In this document: piece after piece, positions 56,394-64,000 of the stretch | Numbering within the stretch: the first letter of the stretch is position 1 | Layout of the letters: each line of letters begins with the position of its first letter | Sequence record: OR062524 | Strand: one strand, 5' to 3' | DNA: 64,000 nucleotides | DNA from: Escherichia phage vB_EcoM_3A1_SA_NWU | Position numbers and translations under genes: made by a program | The notes under the pieces: model-generated | What the model saw: only the letters and a program-made list of their open reading frames with translations | Database searches by the model: none | What the model was told of the DNA's origin: nothing

Positions 56394-58204
56394 AGATGTT
56401 TCTCCCTTTGCAAAACTTCCTGCATTTTACCTTTGTTATAAGGCCGTGAATTAGGAGCAGAAAGATACCCTGATACACGTCTAACTACAGAAATAGTTTC
56501 TTCTTCATGGTTGCCACAATCAGGGCACTCAAACCCTTTAGCCGTTGCCTTAAATTCTCCATGAAAACCACACTTAAAGCATTGATCCACGGGCTGATTA
56601 ATACCAAAATAGTGAATATGTTCATAAGCGTAGTCTACTAAAGTCTCCAAAGCTTCTAAGTTATTCTTTAAGTTTGGTGTTTCGACATAACTTATGTTAC
56701 CACCATTACTAATCTGTGCAAAACCTGCTTCATAATCCCATTTTTCAAAAGGATTTGTTACCAACCATACAGGTTGATGAAAAGAGTTAGTAAGATAATC
56801 TCTTTCTACCAGACCTGGATATTTTTCATTTAAAGCTGTTGCAAACTTATAACACAAGGATTCTGCTGGAGTTCCATAGAGACTAAATGCCAGCTTAGAT
56901 CGCTCTTTAAACACAGCACACACATCTTTCATATGTTGCAGAATGTTTTTACCTAGCTCCTTTTTATCTTTTTCTTCTGGATAAAGGATTTCCAAAGCTT
57001 CAGCAAGACCTACATAACCAATACTAATAGAAGCATAACCATCTTCAAACAAAACACCAATTTCATCGTTGGCATTTAAACGCGCTAAAGCCCCTTCCAT
57101 GAAAAGAATAGGGTTTTCAGATGCTTTGGTATGTCTAATACGGTTTACACGTAACATGTGAGCATCGTAGGCTATCTCCATATGTTTATTAAGGAGGTCG
57201 GTGAAAGATTCTCCTTTACTTCTCGCTTCCGCAGCAATCAAAGGCAAGTTGATAGAAACTACTCCAAGGTTGAATCGTCCATCATATTTTTCTCCTTGTT
57301 CGGTGGCATAGTACGACAAAAAGGAACGACAACCCATACTCGTAACAGTACCATCTGCTGATCCCGTAACTTCTTTGTTCAAAGGAACAGAAATAAAATC
57401 TGGATAAATGCGATCAGCACAACATGCCAAAGCTTGTTGCTTAAGGTCATAGTTAGGATCACTAGGTTTCATGTTAACACCTTCTTGTAAAAAGAAAATA
57501 ACTTTAGGGAATACAGGTGTTACATGATCTTTGCCTAGACCATTACTATGCACTTTAAGATAGTTAGCTGTGATCATTCTGCCAAAAACAGAGGTATCCA
57601 GACCCATACTGATTGTAATAAAAGGAGATTGTCCATTTACACTCATTAAAGTATTAACCTGATACAAGAGAGTTTGCATAGCATCATATACATCTTGTTC
57701 GGTCATTTCTAGGGCTTCTTTCCTTGCATAACAACCGTAGCGACGTTTAGTTATCTCCATGTTTTTAAGGAAACTAGCTTCAACATAAGGACTAAGACCT
57801 TTATCAATGTGCGCACACGTCTGACCTCCATACTGACTGGAGGCAACAGCTTGAATGATTTGAGTTAGCACTGTAGTAGCTACTCCAATAGATTTTGGTT
57901 TTTCTATCTGTGCAGCACCGATCTTAAAACCATTCTCTAACATATCTTGATAATTAACAAGACAACAGTTTGTAAGAGGAGAGAGTAGGTAATCCAAGTC
58001 GTGAATATGTCCAAAACCTTCTGTATGCCATTCTGACAAGTTTTTTGGCAGTATCTGTGTCATTGCCATATGTTTGCTTAAAATCCCCGCCAAGAGATCC
58101 CTGTGCGTGTTAACGAGGTGGGAAGGTTTGTTTGCATTCTCTCTAGTGTATGTTTCTGAAGTGCGATCTAAAAAAGAAAAAACATCTTGGTACAAATCTT
58201 TCAT
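56390..58204 (-). CDS. nrdD: anaerobic ribonucleoside-triphosphate reductase
   Basis: 604 aa; C-terminal Zn ribbon CFKCGFHGEF...CPDCGNHEE and glycyl-radical motif RVSGYL. Confidence 0.85.
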   Translation of the reverse strand: MKDLYQDVFSFLDRTSETYTRENANKPSHLVNTHRDLLAGILSKHMAMTQILPKNLSEWHTEGFGHIHDLDYLLSPLTNCCLVNYQDMLENGFKIGAAQIEKPKSIGVATTVLTQIIQAVASSQYGGQTCAHIDKGLSPYVEASFLKNMEITKRRYGCYARKEALEMTEQDVYDAMQTLLYQVNTLMSVNGQSPFITISMGLDTSVFGRMITANYLKVHSNGLGKDHVTPVFPKVIFFLQEGVNMKPSDPNYDLKQQALACCADRIYPDFISVPLNKEVTGSADGTVTSMGCRSFLSYYATEQGEKYDGRFNLGVVSINLPLIAAEARSKGESFTDLLNKHMEIAYDAHMLRVNRIRHTKASENPILFMEGALARLNANDEIGVLFEDGYASISIGYVGLAEALEILYPEEKDKKELGKNILQHMKDVCAVFKERSKLAFSLYGTPAESLCYKFATALNEKYPGLVERDYLTNSFHQPVWLVTNPFEKWDYEAGFAQISNGGNISYVETPNLKNNLEALETLVDYAYEHIHYFGINQPVDQCFKCGFHGEFKATAKGFECPDCGNHEEETISVVRRVSGYLSAPNSRPYNKGKMQEVLQREKHL

Positions 58205-58274
58205 TATTAATCCTTATTTTGTGAGTAGAACTATTATTCTACCTCTTTCAACCGAAAAAAGCTTTGAGGGAAAT

Positions 58275-58297
58275 CAAAAAAGGCGCAAAGTGCGCCT
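58275..58297 (-). terminator. rho-independent terminator upstream of NrdD unit
   Basis: Minus strand AGGCGC-ACTTT-GCGCCT followed by TTTTTT. Confidence 0.65.
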
Positions 58298-58304
58298 TTA
58301 AGTT

Positions 58305-59654
58305 TTATCGTTTGGAGAGGAATTGTCTTCCCATGATCTTACCATTCTTTACAGCGGTCCCATCATGTCCATTATAATCCCAAGTTCCGTCGATATTACG
58401 CAAGAAGCTATCACGAACAGTGTAGGCTTTACCGTTCTCTACTTTACTTTCTTCCACAATGATCGCCATAACAAGCTTATTTTCAATTTCGGTAGTAACC
58501 GATTCTTTGATACCCTCTGTAACTTCACGATCATATTGGATATAAACTCGCTCCTCAGTCACTTGCACGTCTACCACATTTTTAAATGTGTAGGTCTGTT
58601 GTGTAGTGTAGAGGACACGAACGACACTCTTCTTACCTACTGGCGGCTTCTGACGACGTTTGCGGTAACGTGGAGACGGGTTAAGTTTAATATAGCCTAC
58701 AATGTCTGATCCATCTCCAGAGTGGCTCCAATAAAGTGTCTCTGCCAACAAACCTTTTCCTTGGTCCCCATTTCGAAAAAGAACATCAACAGGACCATCA
58801 CAAGGGCGTTTACCTCCGATGTGGGCTTGGTATTTTGCTGTTCTTGGGATAACAAAATATTCTTCAATCTGCCATTCACTATCGTATTTCTCCCATTCAA
58901 AGTGGTTGGCTTTGCATACTTCTAAAACACCATTTTTGTAACGGACTTGAACAAAGTCCTCACAAGGTTGAATACCTGTATTAGGAATATAGGTAGGCTC
59001 TGTGTCTTCTGGTTCAAAAGTCTCTTTTTGTTGTTCCACATCTTCCACTTTTCTTACATGCTTAGTATAAAACATATCTTTAAACTCCTGTGCTTCAACC
59101 TCAACTGCAAATTCATGTTCTCTGACCGCCGGAGGCACAAGACTTCCACACTCAAGATGTAGAGCATCCAGACCTGCCATTTTATCGTAAAAGATAACTT
59201 TTCGATACTTCTTACCGTCTTCTGGAATAGCAGGGTCTACTCGTTTAAGACGGGAAGCATCGCTTTTAGTCCAAAAACTCTTCCCTGTTGTATTATTGAA
59301 AGTAGTAATCATTTCTCCAATTTCTTCTTCAGAAAGGTTACTAGTGTCTGTGTAAACATCTTCAATTTTTAGCATTTTAGTTTTCTTAAAAATTAAATCT
59401 AGCATTGCATCTCCTGTAAAACGTAGTTCATTATCTCCTACTGTCGGCTCTCCATTAAATTCATCGGTCCCGACTGTGTGACAGATGTATGGAAAATTTG
59501 TGCAACCGTGTAAAAGAGCATATTGTCCTGTAAGTTTAGGATCTGTCTCTTTAGTCCAACCATATGCAATCTCAATAGCTTTGCAAAGCCTATCGAACAA
59601 GCCCCGATTGTTTGCCGCTGTTACCAAATCTTGCTTATGTGCATATACATTCAT
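58305..59654 (-). CDS. hypothetical protein (449 aa)
   Basis: Long ORF with good coding bias; no recognisable motif. Confidence 0.5.
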   Translation of the reverse strand: MNVYAHKQDLVTAANNRGLFDRLCKAIEIAYGWTKETDPKLTGQYALLHGCTNFPYICHTVGTDEFNGEPTVGDNELRFTGDAMLDLIFKKTKMLKIEDVYTDTSNLSEEEIGEMITTFNNTTGKSFWTKSDASRLKRVDPAIPEDGKKYRKVIFYDKMAGLDALHLECGSLVPPAVREHEFAVEVEAQEFKDMFYTKHVRKVEDVEQQKETFEPEDTEPTYIPNTGIQPCEDFVQVRYKNGVLEVCKANHFEWEKYDSEWQIEEYFVIPRTAKYQAHIGGKRPCDGPVDVLFRNGDQGKGLLAETLYWSHSGDGSDIVGYIKLNPSPRYRKRRQKPPVGKKSVVRVLYTTQQTYTFKNVVDVQVTEERVYIQYDREVTEGIKESVTTEIENKLVMAIIVEESKVENGKAYTVRDSFLRNIDGTWDYNGHDGTAVKNGKIMGRQFLSKR

Positions 59655-60205
59655 AATAACCCTCCTCGTTTTATTGCAATAGATGCCCTAGGCTCTGCGA
59701 TACCAGTGGCGTATAAATATGGATGACCTTGTGGAGAAGTTCTCATCCCAAACGAACCTAATTCTAACCCATACATATCTTCCACGTCAAGACCAATATC
59801 TGTCTCTATGATTTGAGTTTGAACTTTGTAATACGTCCAAAAGAAATAGCGCATAGTTTCGGCATATTCTTTGACGGACGCTCCTGGATAAAACTCAATA
59901 ATTTCCAACTTTAAGAAAATGTTAAAATGAGCATCATCCAATTCTTCTTCTGTTCGGTAGCAAGGTGTTAGAGCCATATAAGGATGATCTGTTGAAAATT
60001 CAAACCCATCTTTCTCCATCTGGAGGAAAGACTGCTCTGCACTGGCTACGTAGAACTTACCATTAGGATGCCCCAAGGGGCGATCCTCTTTACCTTCTGG
60101 TAATGTATATGCAAGGATATCCGCATCTACAAGATAAGGGACTTCCAACATCTCCGCAAATCGCCCGTAGTAATCAATAGCTTGAGCAATAACAGCTACG
60201 TTCAT
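59651..60205 (-). CDS. hypothetical protein (184 aa)
   Basis: ATGA-coupled ORF; no confident motif. Confidence 0.45.
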   Translation of the reverse strand: MNVAVIAQAIDYYGRFAEMLEVPYLVDADILAYTLPEGKEDRPLGHPNGKFYVASAEQSFLQMEKDGFEFSTDHPYMALTPCYRTEEELDDAHFNIFLKLEIIEFYPGASVKEYAETMRYFFWTYYKVQTQIIETDIGLDVEDMYGLELGSFGMRTSPQGHPYLYATGIAEPRASIAIKRGGLL

Positions 60206-60453
60206 GATCTTCCTCCTGTGCGGAAAGCGCGTTTAGTAATGTTGGACATAATGATTAAATCTTGTAAAGTCATATCTGGGAACTGTTGTTCTAAAACTCC
60301 CTCAACAGCACCTATAATATCTGACAATTCAACAAGTTGCATTATTTTGCAATCTTGCGCAACAGCATCAAAAAGTTCTTCTACTTCCTCTTTAATCTTT
60401 TCTATGCTGCCGTAAGGTTGTTTCTTAATGTCTGTTATGTGATACCCTGCCAT
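60202..60453 (-). CDS. small helical protein (possible MazG-like NTP pyrophosphohydrolase)
   Basis: 83 aa; acidic EEVEEL...ELSDII pattern loosely like MazG EExxE/ExxD metal-binding helices. Confidence 0.3.
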   Translation of the reverse strand: MAGYHITDIKKQPYGSIEKIKEEVEELFDAVAQDCKIMQLVELSDIIGAVEGVLEQQFPDMTLQDLIIMSNITKRAFRTGGRS

Positions 60454-62046
60454 TTAACGATCCTCTCTGATTTGATTAATCTTACGAGCAAGGGCAGCTA
60501 TAAGCTTATCTTCTTCAGATACAGGAGCCGTGCTCTTACCTAAACGATGCATGTCTAAAATCTCTTGAACAGTTCGGTTCCATTGTAGACATTTAATACA
60601 ACGTGTATGTGCAACATACAGAAGATTTCGTTCTGATTCTTCAAGACCTACCCACTCACCCTTCTTATCATAATTGGAAGGGAAGTCATTTGCAACAATA
60701 ACCTGATCCCATTCCAAACCTTTTGATTTGTGGGCTGTGGTTAAAGTAACTTTAGCCGTTGGAGAGTTACGGTGCATACGTAAAGTGTATGCAATATTAT
60801 TAGCTTTACCAGAAACAACAATGTTTAAAAGTCGTTTTGCATCAGGATCTGATTCTGCACACTCTACAAATTCTTCCCAAGAAGTGTAAGGGAGAACCGT
60901 CTCATGCTTAACTTTGTCCAAATCACCTCTACGTAAAGCATTAACACTATCAACCATAGAAATGAAATCTTTGGTATCTACGTTAATAATAATCTCTTCT
61001 CCGTTAGCGATTCGGTCCATAGCTTCGAGCAACAGAGTCAAATTCTTACGGAAAATAATGGTGTAAGGTTTACTATAATCTACCACATCAGAATGAAAAC
61101 TTCCAGTGACAGTATCATAACCTTTGCCTACCAGCGGATGCTTCAGAGGTGAACGATCAGAAAGGATCGCATTAGCAATGTCCGCAACTTTAGGACCAAA
61201 GCGAAAACAAGCTGTCAGAGGCAACTCAACCCCATATGTAGCCGTTTGCTTCATCATGTTCTGGCTTCCACGGAACTGATAAATACTCTGAAATTCATCA
61301 CCCACAACAACAATACGTTTAGCCGATTTAGCATTACGAAGGATAGACAGGAATGCAGGGTTAACATCCTGGAATTCATCTCCAAAAATAATATCGTATC
61401 CTAAATCTTCTTTGCTCAATTCAAAGAGTTTCACATAGGTGTCATGAGTCATAATGGTTTCTGATTTAGGATCAATACGCTCACGCCAAAGTTGCTTCGC
61501 ATATTTAACAACTTCGTTAATAAGTTTTTGTTCGTTGATGTTTTTACGTTTTAGGTCTGACATGTGCACTTTAGGAAAATGTTTATGTCCGATATGTTCA
61601 TCGTCAGAAAACTCATATTTAGCTAAAGTTTGTTTTACCATTAACCCGATCATTGCACGAGTCAGTAGCACTTTACCATTCTTATCGATCAAGTTCTGAA
61701 TCTTGAATTTCTTGGCAATCTCACTACCAGTTCCAGCTACGTTAACATATTGACCTTCTGGACGAGATAATTTGTGTCGAAGGTTTTGTGGAAGACGCTG
61801 GTAACAGATTGAATGTAGCGTTCGGCACATAACATTAGGCGGCATTTTACGTCGAGCTTCCTCTGCCATACTTTTGTTAAACGCCAAGTATAGAATACTA
61901 TCATTTGTGCCATTAGCCAACATATACAGTGTTGACGTTTTACCTGATCCAGATTTAGCTTGAATTGTAACGAAACGATTTTCTTGATACCCACTTTCAA
62001 TAGCATATTGTTCATCGGTAGGTGTAAAACTCAATTGTGTAGACAC
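60454..62046 (-). CDS. superfamily 1 DNA helicase (UvrD/PcrA-like)
   Basis: 530 aa; motif I QAKSGSGKTS, motif II IIFGDEFQD, motif III VVGDEFQSIYQFRG; GTG start. Confidence 0.75.
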   Translation of the reverse strand: MSTQLSFTPTDEQYAIESGYQENRFVTIQAKSGSGKTSTLYMLANGTNDSILYLAFNKSMAEEARRKMPPNVMCRTLHSICYQRLPQNLRHKLSRPEGQYVNVAGTGSEIAKKFKIQNLIDKNGKVLLTRAMIGLMVKQTLAKYEFSDDEHIGHKHFPKVHMSDLKRKNINEQKLINEVVKYAKQLWRERIDPKSETIMTHDTYVKLFELSKEDLGYDIIFGDEFQDVNPAFLSILRNAKSAKRIVVVGDEFQSIYQFRGSQNMMKQTATYGVELPLTACFRFGPKVADIANAILSDRSPLKHPLVGKGYDTVTGSFHSDVVDYSKPYTIIFRKNLTLLLEAMDRIANGEEIIINVDTKDFISMVDSVNALRRGDLDKVKHETVLPYTSWEEFVECAESDPDAKRLLNIVVSGKANNIAYTLRMHRNSPTAKVTLTTAHKSKGLEWDQVIVANDFPSNYDKKGEWVGLEESERNLLYVAHTRCIKCLQWNRTVQEILDMHRLGKSTAPVSEEDKLIAALARKINQIREDR

Positions 62047-62060
62047 GTATTTCTCCTCTC

Positions 62061-62570
62061 TTAATAAAAACTCTTGACAATCCTCATCATTTCCTTAGCT
62101 CTGCTGGCGTAAGGTTCTTTTAGATTAGGTGGCAAATGTGCATTAATGTATCCCATTTGTTTTTCCCATGTCCACTTATCTTTAAATCTTGGCATGGTGT
62201 CTCCTGCTAAACTGTTTTCTTTTCGTGTTTGAATAATCCAATTGCATGGAAAATGCACACCACCTTTACGGAAGGGAATATAATGTCCCAATGTGAATGC
62301 CTTATTGTTCTTTAAACGTCCAGCTAAATTAAGATTAACAATAAGACTACGAAACACGTAGTATTGATAAAGATTGTCAACAGTATATACAGAGTAGTAT
62401 GCTCTAAGTGCATTATCTCTACTAAGATTACCAACATCCAAACTGCACCAGTTTAAATTACTTGGATCGTAGTTGTGATTATCAATCCATTCTTCTCTTT
62501 CCTCAAATTCTGCATTAACAGCAGACTGCCCTGCTGTAGATACAAAAAGAGAATTTGCATCAAAGAACAT
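62061..62570 (-). CDS. hypothetical protein
   Basis: Track ORF 62061-62576; ATG 62570 preferred (AAGGGGGAG 5 nt upstream). Confidence 0.45.
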   Translation of the reverse strand: MFFDANSLFVSTAGQSAVNAEFEEREEWIDNHNYDPSNLNWCSLDVGNLSRDNALRAYYSVYTVDNLYQYYVFRSLIVNLNLAGRLKNNKAFTLGHYIPFRKGGVHFPCNWIIQTRKENSLAGDTMPRFKDKWTWEKQMGYINAHLPPNLKEPYASRAKEMMRIVKSFY

Positions 62571-62583
62571 ACTCACTCCCCCT

Positions 62584-62937
62584 TTAGTTTACATCGTTTA
62601 GAGCATTACCAATCTTTAAGATAATAACATCATTAAGAGCTTCTTCTCCATTAAGGCCAGAGAAAGCAGGAGTAACGAAAGTTACCATATAATAATGGTC
62701 TTCTTGTAGGATTGCGATAACGCCGTCTAGTTTAACATCTCCTGTGAAACGAAAAACTTTCAACTTTTGTTCTAAAGGAAGATCTCCTTCAACATTTAAA
62801 ACCATATCTCCGACACCAAACTTTTCTGCCCCGATGTAGATGTAAGCTTGGTCCTCTTTTTTATGATAATACAATGTTGCTTGTTTGTCTTGTAGTGTTG
62901 TGATACCAAACACATCTACATCAATAATATTTTTCAA
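62584..62937 (-). CDS. hypothetical protein
   Basis: Track ORF 62584-62994 trimmed to TTG 62937 (GGGAGGAG RBS, TTGA overlap with upstream stop). Confidence 0.4.
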   Translation of the reverse strand: MKNIIDVDVFGITTLQDKQATLYYHKKEDQAYIYIGAEKFGVGDMVLNVEGDLPLEQKLKVFRFTGDVKLDGVIAILQEDHYYMVTFVTPAFSGLNGEEALNDVIILKIGNALNDVN

Positions 62938-63302
62938 AAATTCTCCTCCCAAATCCAATAATTGTCTACATAAGTAGGATGCCTTTTGTCCCACTCTTTT
63001 CTAGCCCAAGCCACGGCTGCTATCAATACATCTCCATGACAAGGTTGAGGGGAGCAGAAGCAAACTAAATCTTTCCCTTCTAGCTCTAATAAATCTTCAA
63101 GAGTGATCTTACCACAACGAATTTGCTCCCACAACCACTCTTTATACCTTTGTATAGTTGATCCTCGTGGTTCATCATCTTTTAACTTAAAAGGGTTTGC
63201 AAACTTGGAGGCTTTTAGTCCCATGTGTGGCATTGCTCTACCAATATAAACAGCACCTTCTGGGATTGTTTTGCCTAAATGGTAAAAGTTTAATACCTTC
63301 AT
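62934..63302 (-). CDS. DUF4326-like protein
   Basis: 122 aa; motif GR...SKFANPF...YKEWL...LEGKDLVCFCSPQPCHGDVL matches DUF4326 signature. Confidence 0.6.
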   Translation of the reverse strand: MKVLNFYHLGKTIPEGAVYIGRAMPHMGLKASKFANPFKLKDDEPRGSTIQRYKEWLWEQIRCGKITLEDLLELEGKDLVCFCSPQPCHGDVLIAAVAWARKEWDKRHPTYVDNYWIWEENF

Positions 63303-63303
63303 A

Positions 63304-63666
63304 TTAACCTAAACACATACGTGCGATCAGACCTTGAATTAGTTTATCTGCTTCTTCTCGATCATAGTCGGTATCTTCTATACCACCATCTTCGTCACGA
63401 TAAACTTTACCTTCCAGGTACCCAGCATCGATCAAACCAATAATCAAATCGAACTGCCAACAAGAATTACCGAAAGGACGTTTTCCACTGAAACTGTCTT
63501 CTTCTTCCCAAAGTGTAGAGAGCAGTCGTCTGAAATATTCACGCACAGTAACAGTGCCAAGATCATCGTCTTCAAAAACAACATCTAAAGCATCTGGTTC
63601 AGCTTTATCTACAACAGGCACATAACGTTGACCATTAATAACAACATCTACAATCGTTTCTCTCAT
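63304..63666 (-). CDS. hypothetical acidic protein
   Basis: 120 aa ORF. Confidence 0.45.
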   Translation of the reverse strand: MRETIVDVVINGQRYVPVVDKAEPDALDVVFEDDDLGTVTVREYFRRLLSTLWEEEDSFSGKRPFGNSCWQFDLIIGLIDAGYLEGKVYRDEDGGIEDTDYDREEADKLIQGLIARMCLG

Positions 63667-64000
63667 TTTTCCTCCTTCTTGTATTCTAAGAACATGTCAA
63701 CTTCATAAGCTGCCCGTTCATTAAATTTACTAGGATCTACTAAAATAAAAAGTTGTTTATTTATATCTTGAAACTCTTTTACTACAATGTAAAGGTGTTT
63801 CTTACAAGAGAAGCCTGTTGCTTGATAAGCATCGCCCCAATCATCCACACCTTTTAATGTTTCTACATACTTACATTTTATTTTATCTTTACCGTCTTGG
63901 TAAAGTGCTTCACCTCCGAACCATGTGAAGAATTTAGTGCGATCTGCCCCAACCTTAAAGCCGTCACGAGCAAAAACACCAGTAGAGGCTAATAACAGCA
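63663..64000 (-). CDS. hypothetical protein, 5'-truncated by window edge
   Basis: Frame of the 61-aa track ORF stays open upstream to the window end (...ASTGVFARDGFKVGADRTKFFTWFGGEALYQDGKDKIKCKYVETLKGVDDWGD...). Confidence 0.45.
   Translation of the reverse strand, partial: LLLASTGVFARDGFKVGADRTKFFTWFGGEALYQDGKDKIKCKYVETLKGVDDWGDAYQATGFSCKKHLYIVVKEFQDINKQLFILVDPSKFNERAAYEVDMFLEYKKEEK

Noticed and set aside
58205-58274. Sigma70 promoter directly upstream of nrdD
   Set aside because: Candidate -10 TAGAAT has no acceptable -35 at 16-18 nt spacing; transcription may depend on a phage-specific factor or read-through.
58305-59654. Nampt/NadV-type nicotinamide phosphoribosyltransferase identity for the 449-aa protein
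   Set aside because: None of the recalled Nampt family motifs were seen; size match alone is insufficient.
1-64000. CRISPR arrays or tRNA genes
   Set aside because: No regularly spaced direct repeats seen; intergenic gaps are short and filled by terminators or promoters, with none able to hold a 70-90 nt tRNA. The only repeats are coding ones in the tail fiber gene.
1-64000. Integrase, repressor or other lysogeny functions
   Set aside because: No tyrosine/serine recombinase motifs or repressor-like helix-turn-helix genes recognised; lifestyle cannot be decided from this window.

Overview
This window reads as a contiguous piece of a tailed dsDNA phage genome with two convergent arms meeting at a bidirectional terminator near 32.1 kb; all calls rest on motif reading of the ORF translations and the DNA, with no database search run. 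The plus-strand arm (1-32115) is a late structural module: lambda-like gpD/gpE-type head proteins, contractile-tail genes (putative sheath, tube, chaperone pair with a -1 frameshift, tape measure), a baseplate cluster and at least three receptor-binding proteins. The minus-strand arm (32179-64000) holds replication and nucleotide-metabolism genes (SSB, family A DNA polymerase, primase-helicase, adenine-type methyltransferase, UvrD-like helicase, anaerobic RNR NrdD/NrdG) and a dense accessory region. The most unusual content is a phage-borne Ter-type cluster (TerD, TerY-like vWA, TelA-like, TerC) linked to a phosphoribosyltransferase, HAD hydrolase and macro domain protein. Also notable are four consecutive glycosyltransferases beside the replication genes, and a truncated CCA-adding-type nucleotidyltransferase whose C-terminus resembles the SSB tail tip. 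Near-consensus sigma70-type promoters and an SSB tail matching E. coli SSB suggest an enterobacterial host. No tRNA, CRISPR array or integrase was seen.
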